Counted from the first letter of the stretch, positions 26,271 to 35,754 are shown. The stretch is 42,634 nucleotides of DNA from Bacteroidota bacterium (GCA_009908415.1 JAAAPH010000459.1:1-42634); one strand, 5' to 3'. A program made the numbers and translations. The notes: generated by a model not told the origin, from the sequence alone.

Positions 26271-26310
26271 TCGATTTTTTTCCTGGCGCAGGTGGAGCCA
26301 ACACCAACGC

Positions 26311-26334
26311 AAAAAGGCCGCTCCAGGAGCGGCC
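26311..26334 (-). terminator. Intrinsic terminator read on the minus strand
   Basis: The minus strand reads ggccgctcc-t-ggagcggcc followed by ttttt. No annotated minus-strand gene ends nearby; the rhomboid stop is 1.1 kb upstream. Confidence 0.55.
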
Positions 26335-27423
26335 CAGCGTATCGGCATAAACAAAAATCCTCGACGCAATGGCCTCCCGGGCGATGCATTCCGCCGAAAC
26401 AGAATAGCAGCGCCGGTAGGGAGGCCCGTCTCCTGCACCGGACGAGGTCCGATACGGTGGCCTACGCGTGCAGTCCGTTGCCGGACTTGGCGCGGCCGTC
26501 TCGCATGGACACGAGGCGGCGGCCACGGACAGCCCAAAGCGGTAGCCCGGCTTGCGCCGGCTCCCCGTCTCACGCCACGAAGATACGTTGGCATCCGCAC
26601 GCGCCTTTCGTGAGAAAGCGGTGTGCGCATGCGTTACGTCGCGCTCGCTATCTTTCCACCCATGCCCCGTGGGGCATTTGCTTTCCGAAAGCGCGCGTAG
26701 CAGCTGCTCATCACAGCGCACCGCAAGGTGCAACCGTGGTGTGCACCTGCCTCAGTTGACCCTCCGAGGCATCGCGTGAACGAAGGTCCTCTTGAGGCCC
26801 AACTGCGGATGCAGTGCCGACCTTCTGGCCGACCCGTCGACCCTTTCGGGCGTCGGAGCCGGTCGCAAGATCACCTCGTCGTGTCCAACATTCCGGTATC
26901 GACCGATGGCCGGACCATCGATCGAAGCGCAATGTCTCACTCGGAGACCCGCCGGTGGGCGTCCGTGCTTATCCCGAAGGATCGGCACGCACGTACCGCC
27001 GAGGCACTGCATCATCTCCGCCGGCCGTACGGCCCGGCGTGAGCAGACTTCATGCAGTCCAGAGACTCAGTCGCGTCAAGGAACAGTGCCCGAAAGCACT
27101 GGCTGTATGGTATCGGTTTTCTGAGCCCGTGTCAAGACGAGTTTTCCACAAAACATACACAAGATATTCACATCCTGTGCTGAGCAGACGGGACAGACGG
27201 CTCGGGAAATGGATGAGGCGCGGAGCAAAAAGCCCGGTCGCCGGGGGCGCCGAGCTCTTTGCTGTCCATGATACAATGCGACTGAGGTCCCGCCGAAGCG
27301 GGCTCTGGTTGCATGAAGTCGTCCGTAACGTACGACCCGTCTTCCAAGAATGCAACCCTCAATAACGGCAGCCTTCCCCGAGGCGTTAGGAAACCGTTAA
27401 TTTGCGGCTTGCCAATAACGGAT

Positions 27424-28074
27424 CTAGGCGCCCACGAGGCCGCCCAGTACGGACTGCACCGCGCGCACAAAGGCCGGAATGGCCCGCGGCTCCAGGAGGA
27501 TGGTGAGCACCAACCCGCCGACTGCCCCACCGATATGGGCTTCGTGGGCGATGCCGCCGCCCATCCGCCCTCCGGCCTCGCCCTCCTGCCGCATGGCATA
27601 GATGGAGCCCACCACGTAGAGCACGGCGAACAGGATGGCCGGCATGGGGATCACGAAGAACACGCCGAGCATGGCGAACGGCTGGAACAGGCAGAAGCTG
27701 AACACCACGCCGCTTACTGCGCCCGACGCACCAATGGCCGAGTAGTGCGGGTCGTCGCGGTTGAGCACGAGCGAAAGGCCGTGCGCAGCGAGCTCCGACC
27801 CAAAGTACAGCACCAGGAACAGCCCGGAGCCCAGGATGCGCTCCAGAATCGGCCCAAAGAAGTAGAGCGTGATCATGTTAAACGCGAAGTGCGCGATGCC
27901 CACGTGCACAAACCCCGCCGTGATCAATCGCTGGTACTCGCCATGCTTCAGAATACGCTGCGGCCGAAACGCGAACCGGTCGATGATCGAAATATCGACG
28001 AACAGCGCATAGCCGCTCACGAGCCCGTTCAGCGCGAGCAGAAGAATAGTAACCGGCGTACTGGCGTCAAGCAT
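27424..28074 (-). CDS. Rhomboid family intramembrane serine protease
   Basis: Six TM segments, HFAFNM, the catalytic GASGAVSG and a downstream AHIGG histidine. Confidence 0.85.
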   Translation of the reverse strand: MLDASTPVTILLLALNGLVSGYALFVDISIIDRFAFRPQRILKHGEYQRLITAGFVHVGIAHFAFNMITLYFFGPILERILGSGLFLVLYFGSELAAHGLSLVLNRDDPHYSAIGASGAVSGVVFSFCLFQPFAMLGVFFVIPMPAILFAVLYVVGSIYAMRQEGEAGGRMGGGIAHEAHIGGAVGGLVLTILLEPRAIPAFVRAVQSVLGGLVGA

Positions 28075-28107
28075 AAATGCGAACCCGTTAGATCAAAGGA
28101 AGGGAGC

Positions 28108-28815
28108 TTACGCCGGCAACGCCGCCACGTGCTCGATGATGGACTCGAAGAAGAACGCGCCATCCGCACTGCCGATGAGCCCTTCGACGCACCGCTCTGG
28201 ATGCGGCATGAGCCCCAGCACGTTGCCGCCTTTGTTGATGATGCCCGCGATGTTGCGGGACGACCCGTTCGGGTTGGACTCCGGAGTCACCCGCCCGTCC
28301 GGGTCGCAGTAGCGAAACACGACTTGGTCGTTGGCTTCGAGCGCGTCGAGTTCCGCGTCGTCGGCGTAGTACCGGCCCTCGCCGTGCGCCACCGGGAAGG
28401 AGACCACCTGACCGGGCTGCATCGTGTGGGTGAACGGCGTATCCGCACGGTCCACGCACAGCGACGTGGGTTTGCAGACGAACCGCAGCGATTCGTTGCG
28501 CATCAGGGTGCCGGGAAGCAATCCGCTCTCGCACAGCACCTGGAAGCCGTTGCAAATACCCACGACGAGCCCGCCCTCGTTCGCGAAGCGGACCACGTCC
28601 TGCATGATGGGCGAAAACTGCGCGATGGCGCCGGAGCGCAAATAGTCACCGTACGAGAACCCTCCGGGCACAACGACGACGTCAACGTCACCCAGGGTTT
28701 CTTCTTTATGCCAGATGAAGCGCGCGTCCTGCTCGAACACGTGCTTGGCCGCGTGATAGGCGTCGTGGTCGCAATTCGACCCGGGGAAGACGACAACTCC
28801 GAACGTGATGGACAT
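28108..28815 (-). CDS. purQ: Phosphoribosylformylglycinamidine synthase, glutaminase subunit
   Basis: [19 protein letters not shown], the catalytic Cys in GICNGFQ, and MPHPER. The start is MSITFGVV (ATG 28815). Confidence 0.9.
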   Translation of the reverse strand: MSITFGVVVFPGSNCDHDAYHAAKHVFEQDARFIWHKEETLGDVDVVVVPGGFSYGDYLRSGAIAQFSPIMQDVVRFANEGGLVVGICNGFQVLCESGLLPGTLMRNESLRFVCKPTSLCVDRADTPFTHTMQPGQVVSFPVAHGEGRYYADDAELDALEANDQVVFRYCDPDGRVTPESNPNGSSRNIAGIINKGGNVLGLMPHPERCVEGLIGSADGAFFFESIIEHVAALPA

Positions 28816-28959
28816 GAAAAGGACCGATTGGAATGAGGACAATGTGCAGAGGCACGGAGTTGAAAACGCACGAGCAGTCACGGTTTCACAATCCGTCGCT
28901 GGCTCTGTAGCCGATGGGCGCTACCCAAGACGTTTTCCCCTTGCGTCACGTGCGGTCCT

Positions 28960-29874
28960 TCAGCCCTCCTCATTCAGCAAGGACACCCGGTCCGGTGTTG
29001 GATAGAGAGCGGTGTACATCGACACAAAACGCGCATACGAACCCTCGTTCCGTTCTTTCGCACCGGATGACGGCTGGATCGCTGAGCGCTGCTCCGTGCT
29101 CCTTTCGCCGGACGCCACCTGAGTGTACGCTGCCCGAATGCGAAACAGCAGGCGCTGCCGCTCATTGAGCGACTCCTTCGTCGGCTTCCCCCCTTCGGAT
29201 GCTGAGCGGGATGCATCGCCAGGCTGAAGGCGCTCCGTTGCGGATGCCGAGGGAGCGTCGCCCGGATTGGCATCGGAGGTGACGCCCGAGGCAGATTCGT
29301 CCCCGATCCGAAAAATCTGCTTCAGCGACGCGTGGAATTCGTTGATGGCCGTCTCCAGCTTCTCGTAGCGCTGCTTGGCATCCACCGACTCCACAGAGGC
29401 CGCCGGCGGACTGGAACGACGCAGCCGCGCCTCGAACTGTGTGAGGGCCTGAGCGAGGGCCCGCTTATTCTCCGCACTCAACCGGTCGCTTTCCACCAGC
29501 GCCTGGATGGACGGGGCAAGCCGGTCCATGAGCGGCGATACGTCTTCGGGCACGTCGCCTTCGCCCGTCCCATCCATCGACTCAGGAGATGTGGCGGAGG
29601 CTGCATGGCCGGAAGCGCGACCACCGGGTGACGCTTCGGGGCCTCGCACGCGGGGCTCGTCACCCGATCCGTTCTGCTCTCCATCGCCGGCTATGCGCAT
29701 GGCATCGTCGGCCTCCAAACGCATCGAGGCTTGAACAGGCACAGACGGTTCCGGTGCGCTCAGTCGGATCGGCTCGGGCGGCCTCTGAAGAGGCCACCCT
29801 GCACGAGTGGGTCCAACATCCATGGTCCTTACTGCTTTGGTGGTACATTCCCCGATCTCCGGCGGGTCCTGCAC
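28960..29874 (-). CDS. Hypothetical acidic protein, low-complexity with predicted coiled-coil character
   Basis: An open frame with moderate third-position G/C bias. The central helical region is LMDRLAPSIQALVESDRLSAENKRALAQALTQFEARL...YEKLETAINEFHASLKQIF. No domain was recognised and the start is uncertain (29874, 29823, 29724 or 29700). Confidence 0.4.
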   Translation of the reverse strand: MQDPPEIGECTTKAVRTMDVGPTRAGWPLQRPPEPIRLSAPEPSVPVQASMRLEADDAMRIAGDGEQNGSGDEPRVRGPEASPGGRASGHAASATSPESMDGTGEGDVPEDVSPLMDRLAPSIQALVESDRLSAENKRALAQALTQFEARLRRSSPPAASVESVDAKQRYEKLETAINEFHASLKQIFRIGDESASGVTSDANPGDAPSASATERLQPGDASRSASEGGKPTKESLNERQRLLFRIRAAYTQVASGERSTEQRSAIQPSSGAKERNEGSYARFVSMYTALYPTPDRVSLLNEEG

Positions 29875-30056
29875 GAATTGTTATCGACAGACCGCCCCGC
29901 GAGCTTAAATCGGGTGGCGCATGCTCATGAGCCTTCGCCCAGACGACCCGCTAACATTATCAATTCTGAAACGATGTTGTCGAGCAGGGCACGTAAGTTG
30001 CGAGAGTGCATTAGAACAGTACAGCGATGTTTGTAACCCTTTAGGTGAGGTTTTCC

Positions 30057-30263
30057 ATGTACACGATCTGTATTCTGCTGGGGACGCTGGTTATCGGGGC
30101 GCTGTACCTGATCACGTCCAGCACCACATACGAGCCGCCCGAATCGGACGACGACGGAGGCACCGGCCTGTATCCCATGCCCCCGACCTTGTCCGGCCCA
30201 TCCGGCTCATACCGCCGGCGCGAGGAAGCCAACGACGACCGAGAAACGGTGCTGTCCACGTAG
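30057..30263 (+). CDS. Small membrane protein with one TM helix and an acidic tail
   Basis: MYTICILLGTLVIGALYLITS followed by EPPESDDDGG. Third-position G/C bias is strong, as in the confirmed genes. The track start at 30045 is an alternative. Confidence 0.5.
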   Translation: MYTICILLGTLVIGALYLITSSTTYEPPESDDDGGTGLYPMPPTLSGPSGSYRRREEANDDRETVLST

Positions 30264-30287
30264 CCGACTGCGCACCAGGTGACCGCC

Positions 30288-30360
30288 ATCGGGCCGGACG
30301 ATGGTCCCTCTTTGTGACTGGAAGCGCTTCAACAAAGAGGGAATTCGTGCCCGGCCCGAT
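30288..30360. terminator. Nested double hairpin after the small membrane-protein gene
   Basis: The outer 10-bp perfect stem is atcgggccgg (30288-30297) / ccggcccgat (30351-30360). The inner 10-bp perfect stem is ccctctttgt (30306-30315) / acaaagaggg (30332-30341). Confidence 0.45.
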
Positions 30361-30404
30361 TTAATCTGTCCTACGGATAGGCCGATAGGAGAACTACTGC
30401 GCTC

Positions 30405-30455
30405 GCAAAGGCATCCGGCTCACTGTATTTCCTCGTCGCAGCTGGATGCCTTTGC
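30405..30455. terminator. 12-bp perfect hairpin downstream of the ThuA-like gene
   Basis: gcaaaggcatcc (30405-30416) / ggatgcctttgc (30444-30455) with a 27-nt loop. It lies 36 nt beyond the minus-strand stop at 30491 and has no clear U-tail. Confidence 0.4.
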
Positions 30456-30490
30456 TTTATCTCCTCGGCGAGATGGCGGCCCCGTTGCGT

Positions 30491-31546
30491 TTACCGCTCG
30501 TCGCCATGGAGCGCGAAGTCGGACGGGAGGAGCCCCTCCTGGTGCTCGTCGAACCCGAAGAACGTCGGCTCGTACGGGCCCACGTAGCGGACATCGGCCT
30601 CCTCCGGGATGTCGTCTTCCATTCCGACGGCCCAATAGGCTGCATTGACGAACAGGCGGCGCAAGTCCTCACTCTGAAAATCGACGGAGGCCCCCATCGT
30701 GGTGAAAAACACCCGGGCCGCGTTTCCGGTCTCGGTGCGGTACTCCTTGGTCCATGCAATCGGCATGATGGATTTCTCTGCATTCGGGGGCGCGGTCGGC
30801 TCCATGCCCGCGAGCGTCTGGCCATGCACGAGCACCTGCTCGTCGCCAACAATGTCGCGAAGGCCATACACGTCGGTGGGCCCCCAGATGTCGCGAACCC
30901 CATTCAGAATGGGCCGATTCTCATAGAGGCCGTTCACGAGCCCACGGGTGCTTTCTGCGCCGTGATCGCCGTGGTGGTTCACCCAGGTCTCTCCGAAGAC
31001 CTGGCGCCCGTAGCCGCCCTCCCATCCGTCGACGGTACTCTTCCAATCGTACTTCGCGTGCGGACCGTCCGGATTCCGCTGGTACCGGAACGCGTGCGTC
31101 GCCGTCCGCAGGCCGATGAGGGGACGTCCCGAGCGCGTGTACTCGATAATGTGCTCCATCTGGTCAGGCGGAAGCTCGCGAAACCGTGTGAACAGCACCA
31201 TCAGGTCGGCGGTGGCGAGCTGTTCGAGCCCAGGGATGTTGGTCTGATGATCCGGTTCGATCTGCCCATTCGCCGGATCGATGGGGAAGAGCACCGTGCA
31301 GGTAAATCCGTGGCGGACGGCCAGAATCTTAGCCAGCATCGGCAGGGCTTCCTCGGAGCGATACTCCTCGTCGCCGCTTACCAGCACGATGTGGGTCCCC
31401 TGTCCTGGCCCTGACGTCCCTTCGTACCGCACCCAAGGCGTATCGTCGTTATCGGGAGCTTGGGCAACGGCCGGCCCGGAGGCGACCAGGGCGAGCACGG
31501 CGGCCAGGAGGAGAGCAGGAGCGGAGCGCTTCATCGTTGTGTTCAT
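30491..31546 (-). CDS. Secreted ThuA-like (type 1 glutamine amidotransferase-like fold) protein
   Basis: The signal peptide is MNTTMKRSAPALLLAAVLALVASGPAVAQ. HIVLVSGDEEYRSEEALPMLAKIL and the overall length resemble ThuA-domain proteins. Assignment is by resemblance. Confidence 0.6.
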   Translation of the reverse strand: MNTTMKRSAPALLLAAVLALVASGPAVAQAPDNDDTPWVRYEGTSGPGQGTHIVLVSGDEEYRSEEALPMLAKILAVRHGFTCTVLFPIDPANGQIEPDHQTNIPGLEQLATADLMVLFTRFRELPPDQMEHIIEYTRSGRPLIGLRTATHAFRYQRNPDGPHAKYDWKSTVDGWEGGYGRQVFGETWVNHHGDHGAESTRGLVNGLYENRPILNGVRDIWGPTDVYGLRDIVGDEQVLVHGQTLAGMEPTAPPNAEKSIMPIAWTKEYRTETGNAARVFFTTMGASVDFQSEDLRRLFVNAAYWAVGMEDDIPEEADVRYVGPYEPTFFGFDEHQEGLLPSDFALHGDER

Positions 31547-32010
31547 GGCAAGTAGGGGCCTATGCATTCGTCGAGGGGTATGCCGCTTCGGAGGCGGCGT
31601 GAGCGCGGCATCCATTGACGGGGCTCAGTGGTCACCGGGTTGCTTCCGGTCACGGTTCCGTATGTCGCCCGCTAGGGGCCAAGGAGAGCCGTCGTGCACG
31701 GGTCGGCATCCCGCTCTCGGGGACGACCGAACCGACGGCCCACGCGGCCACGCCCTCCGTCCGCGCATCCCGTTTGTGCGGGCTCCGGGCTGCCGCTGCA
31801 ACTTTAGGAGCGCTTAGCAGTGATTCACCGTCCCAGCTAATGAAGATAATCTAAAGCAGTAATGCAATAAAGGGGCACCGGCCGTTCCCTCTTCTGCCTT
31901 ATTGGGGACCCGCGCGGCGCCAGGAGCCCCGCGGTGCGTCGCCGACGTGCGTCCGTGTCGCCCCTTCCCCGTAGCACACCAAGCGCCCTCGTCCCCTCGC
32001 ATGTACCCTC

Positions 32011-32886
32011 ATGATTCCCAAGGAGCTCTTCCAGAAAATTCGTCGCCTGGAGATCCGGACGAAGGGGATGGTGGACAACATCTTCGGCGGGGAATACCAC
32101 TCGGCCTTCAAAGGCCGGGGCATCGAATTTGCCGAGGTGCGCCCCTACCAGATTGGGGACGACATCCGTAACATCGACTGGAACGTATCGGCGCGGATGG
32201 ACGAGACGTACGTCAAGGTATTCGAAGAGGAACGGGAGCAGACGCTCATGCTGCTCGTTGACATTTCGGGCTCGGAAGACTTCGGCTCGCAGTACAAGAT
32301 GAAGCGCGAGGTTGCCGCCGAGGTGTGCGCGCTGATCGCCTTTAGCGCCATTCAGAACAACGACAAGGTGGGGCTGCTGCTCTTCTCCGACACCGTCGAG
32401 CTCTTTGTGCCGCCCAAGAAGGGGCGCCGGCACGTGCTGCGGCTCATCCGCGACCTATTCGCGCACGAGCCGCAATCGCGCGGCACCGACCTGGCGGCCG
32501 CCTTGCGCCGCACGCTGCGCCTGCTCCGGCAGCGCTCCATCGTGCTCATGATCAGCGACTTCTTCGATGAGGACTTCGACCGGCCGTTGCGCGCGCTCGC
32601 CCAGCGCCACGACACGGTCGCCGTGCACCTGCAAGACCCCCGCGAGGCCGCGCTGCCCAACGTGGGCCTCGCCGAGTTCACCGACGCCGAAACGGGCGAG
32701 ACGGTTGTCGTCGACACGACCAGCGCGGCCGCCCGGAAGGCCTATGCCGAGGCGGCCGCTGCCCGCCAGCGCACCACCGAACGCCTCATGACGCGCCTGC
32801 AGGTGGGATACGTCCCGATCCCCACGAACACCGACCTCGTCGAGCCGCTCATTCGTTTCTTCCGCCAGCGCAACCAAGCGGCGTGA
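32011..32886 (+). CDS. DUF58 domain protein (vWA-like; usual partner of MoxR ATPases)
   Basis: GEYHSAFKGRGIEFAEVRPYQIGDDIRNIDWNVSAR is the DUF58 signature. It is followed by LLVDISGSEDFGS. Confidence 0.85.
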   Translation: MIPKELFQKIRRLEIRTKGMVDNIFGGEYHSAFKGRGIEFAEVRPYQIGDDIRNIDWNVSARMDETYVKVFEEEREQTLMLLVDISGSEDFGSQYKMKREVAAEVCALIAFSAIQNNDKVGLLLFSDTVELFVPPKKGRRHVLRLIRDLFAHEPQSRGTDLAAALRRTLRLLRQRSIVLMISDFFDEDFDRPLRALAQRHDTVAVHLQDPREAALPNVGLAEFTDAETGETVVVDTTSAAARKAYAEAAAARQRTTERLMTRLQVGYVPIPTNTDLVEPLIRFFRQRNQAA

Positions 32887-33911
32887 TGTCCTCCGCCTTT
32901 TCCCGTATGCTGCGCGCCGGCCCCGTCCGATGGCTCGCTGGGCTGCTCGGCATGGTTTTGCTGGTGAGTAGTTCCGCGGCCTCCGCCCAGACCGTCCGAG
33001 CTACGGCGTCGGTTGACAGCGTGCGCATCGGCGAGCGGTTCACGGTGTCGGTGGTAGCGGCGCACCGATTCATGTCGTCTGTGGCGTTCCCGCCCGACAC
33101 GGCGGGGCCTGCTGTATTTGGCGACCTGGAAGTGTTGGCCCGGACGCCCGTGGCGGAGCGGTATCTGGGCGCCGATGCCCCCGGCATGCGCGTTGACAGC
33201 GTTGCTTATGAGGTCGCTACTTTTGCGCTGGACACCGCGCGCATTCCGCCCCTCCCGGTTCGCATCGTAGTGGGCGGCGACACCTCGGAAATCCGGACGG
33301 CTCCGCTCCTCATCCCAGTGCGGTCCACCGTATCGGCCGAGGCGCAGGGCCTCCGCGAGATGGCTCCCCTTTCGGCCTTTCCGGGCCCTTGGTGGCCCTG
33401 GGTGCTCCTCGCGGTCGTCCTCCTCGTCCTCGTGGCCGGAATGGTCTACTATGGGCGCGCGTGGATGCCGTCGTCCCGCGAGGCCCCTTCTCCGCAACCG
33501 CCCCGGCCCGCGCTGCCGCCCCACGAGGCGGCCCGGCAGCGGCTGGATGCGCTGGAGCACACCACCGACTGGAGCAACCCGGACGCGCTGGAGGGATTTT
33601 TCGTGGAACTGTCGACGGTTGTGCGCCGCTACATGGCCGACCGGCTCGACGTGGCGGCGCTGGAGCGAACGACCCCCGAGCTCATCCGGACGCTGCACCA
33701 TGAGGCCACGGTCCCCGACGCCGCCATCGACGACGTGCACGAGGTACTGGACCGGTCCGACCTCGTCAAGTTTGCCGACAACCGGCCAACCAGCGAGGAA
33801 GGGCGTGCGGCCCTGCGCACGACCCGCCGGGCCCTCGACGCCATCGAACGCGCCCAACCGGCTCTTCGAGGCGAAACAGCCCCTGCGTCGCCGGACGAAA
33901 CGACCGCGTAA
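32883..33911 (+). CDS. Membrane protein with a BatD-like N-terminal domain and a DUF4381-like C-terminal half
   Basis: A signal peptide, one central TM (WWPWVLLAVVLLVLVAGMVYY), then a helical region (AARQRLDALE...DLVKFA). It occupies the third slot of a Bat-type operon and has a 4-bp overlap with DUF58. Confidence 0.55.
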   Translation: MMSSAFSRMLRAGPVRWLAGLLGMVLLVSSSAASAQTVRATASVDSVRIGERFTVSVVAAHRFMSSVAFPPDTAGPAVFGDLEVLARTPVAERYLGADAPGMRVDSVAYEVATFALDTARIPPLPVRIVVGGDTSEIRTAPLLIPVRSTVSAEAQGLREMAPLSAFPGPWWPWVLLAVVLLVLVAGMVYYGRAWMPSSREAPSPQPPRPALPPHEAARQRLDALEHTTDWSNPDALEGFFVELSTVVRRYMADRLDVAALERTTPELIRTLHHEATVPDAAIDDVHEVLDRSDLVKFADNRPTSEEGRAALRTTRRALDAIERAQPALRGETAPASPDETTA

Positions 33912-33987
33912 GGATTCTTAGGGCACGAAATCGGTTGCCGGTCGTTTAGCATGCTGAAACTGTCTTTTCCATCACCCCCCACGCGTC

Positions 33988-34752
33988 GTGTCCAACGCAT
34001 CGTTCAGCGACAGGCTGGTTGATCGGCTCGCTCAGGCAGCGCGCGTGACGGTGCTTACCGGCGCCGGCACTAGTGCCGAGAGCGGCATTCCGACGTTCCG
34101 TGACCCGGACGGGCTGTGGGAGCAGTTCGACCCGCAGGAGCTGGCGAACGTGAACGCTTTTCTCGAAAACCCGGCGCTCGTCCAGGGCTGGTATGCACAC
34201 CGGCGGAAGCTGGCGCAGGACACCGAGCCCAACCCGGCGCATCACGCCCTCGCCCAACTGGAGCAGCACCTCGACGGATTCACGCTCGTCACCCAAAACG
34301 TCGACAACCTGCATCAGCGGGCCGGCAGTGACGACGTCGTCGAGCTGCACGGCAACATCACTCGCAACCACTGCATCGATTGCGAGCGTTCGGCGTCCGA
34401 CGACGAGATGGAAGCCATCGCCGAGGGCGAGCCGGCCCGGTGCCCCACGTGCGACGGCTACATCCGCCCGGACGTGGTATGGTTTGGGGAGATGCTCCCG
34501 CAGGAGGCGCTGCAACGCGCTCAGGAGGCGGCTACGCAGGCCGAGGTGTTCCTGAGCGTGGGCACGAGCGCCGTCGTGCACCCCGCCGCCGGGCTGCCCC
34601 TGACGGCCCAACAGCACGGCGCGTACTTGGTGGAAGTAAACATCGAGGACACGGCCCTCACCGATACCGCCGACGAAATCCTTCGCGGCCAGGCCGGCGC
34701 GGTGCTTCCGCCACTGGCTGAGGCCGTGGCCACGCGCCGGTCGACTGCGTAA
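33988..34752 (+). CDS. cobB: NAD-dependent protein deacylase, Sir2 family
   Basis: GAGTSAESGIPTFRD, the catalytic His in TQNVDNLHQRAG..VELHG, Zn ribbon CIDC...CPTC, and VVWFGE. Confidence 0.85.
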   Translation: MSNASFSDRLVDRLAQAARVTVLTGAGTSAESGIPTFRDPDGLWEQFDPQELANVNAFLENPALVQGWYAHRRKLAQDTEPNPAHHALAQLEQHLDGFTLVTQNVDNLHQRAGSDDVVELHGNITRNHCIDCERSASDDEMEAIAEGEPARCPTCDGYIRPDVVWFGEMLPQEALQRAQEAATQAEVFLSVGTSAVVHPAAGLPLTAQQHGAYLVEVNIEDTALTDTADEILRGQAGAVLPPLAEAVATRRSTA

Positions 34753-34770
34753 CTCATTCTGCTGTACCCC

Positions 34771-35754
34771 ATGACGTTCGCCGATCCCGCATGGCTTTGG
34801 CTTCTTGCACTGGTCCCCGTCGTGGGACTGGTGGAGTGGTGGCGTGGCCGCCAACGCGCCGGCCTGCGCTTCAGCAACGTGCGCCTGGCCGACGCCGTGC
34901 CGTCCACGTGGACCCAGCGGCTTCGCTGGCTGCCGACCGCGCTGCGGATGGGTGTCCTGGCGCTCGGTATCGTGGCGCTCGCCCGCCCGCAGACGACCGA
35001 CGTCATCCGCGAGCAGTATGCCGAAGGCATCGACATTATGCTCGTCCTCGACACGTCGACCTCCATGCGGGCCGAGGACTTCGACCCCAACCGTTTCGAG
35101 GCCGCACGCACCGTAGCCAGCGAGTTCATCGACAACCGCGTGTCGGACCGCGTGGGGCTCATCGTGTTCGCCGCAAAGGCGTACACCCAAACGCCCCTGA
35201 CCCTCGACTACAACTTCCTCCAGCGCATGCTGGACGAAGTGCAGGTCGGTGTCATCGAGGACGGCACCGCGATTGGCACCGCCCTCGCCATGGCGACGAA
35301 TCGCCTCAAGAGCACGGAGGCCCAAAGTAAGGTGATTATCCTGCTCACCGATGGCCAGAACAACCGCGGCGAAATCGACCCAGTGACGGCGGCAGAGGTG
35401 GCCGAGACGATGGGGGTGCGCGTCTACTCCATCGGGGTGGGCACGCGCGGAGAAGCCCCATTCGTCGTCGACCACCCCTTTACCGGCCAAAGCCGGCGCA
35501 TGATGCCCGTTCAGATCGATGAGGACATGCTCCGCACCGTCGCGCAGCAGACCGGCGGCCGCTACTTCCGCGCCACCAGCAAGGAGGGCTTGCGCACCGT
35601 CTACGAGGAGATCGACCAGTTGGAGAAGACCGAAATCGAGGAGCGCGTGTATACCGACCGCGACGAACGCTATCCACTGTTCCTGTGGCCGGCCTTCGGG
35701 CTGCTCTGCATCGAGGTACTGCTTTCCACGACCGTGCTGCGCCGCTTCCCGTAG
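34771..35754 (+). CDS. batA: vWA domain membrane protein BatA
   Basis: Two N-terminal TM segments, the MIDAS motif VLDTSTSM, ILLTDGQNN, and a C-terminal TM. Confidence 0.85.
   Translation: MTFADPAWLWLLALVPVVGLVEWWRGRQRAGLRFSNVRLADAVPSTWTQRLRWLPTALRMGVLALGIVALARPQTTDVIREQYAEGIDIMLVLDTSTSMRAEDFDPNRFEAARTVASEFIDNRVSDRVGLIVFAAKAYTQTPLTLDYNFLQRMLDEVQVGVIEDGTAIGTALAMATNRLKSTEAQSKVIILLTDGQNNRGEIDPVTAAEVAETMGVRVYSIGVGTRGEAPFVVDHPFTGQSRRMMPVQIDEDMLRTVAQQTGGRYFRATSKEGLRTVYEEIDQLEKTEIEERVYTDRDERYPLFLWPAFGLLCIEVLLSTTVLRRFP

Noticed and set aside
26479-26560. RNase P RNA-like fragments in the 1.15 kb gap: aagtccggc on the minus strand and agcccggctt on the plus strand.
   Set aside because: The two motif-like strings are on opposite strands and at the wrong spacing for CR-I/CR-V. 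The other conserved RNase P blocks are missing. No tmRNA 3' end or tag frame, SRP domain IV motif or tRNA T-arm was seen either.
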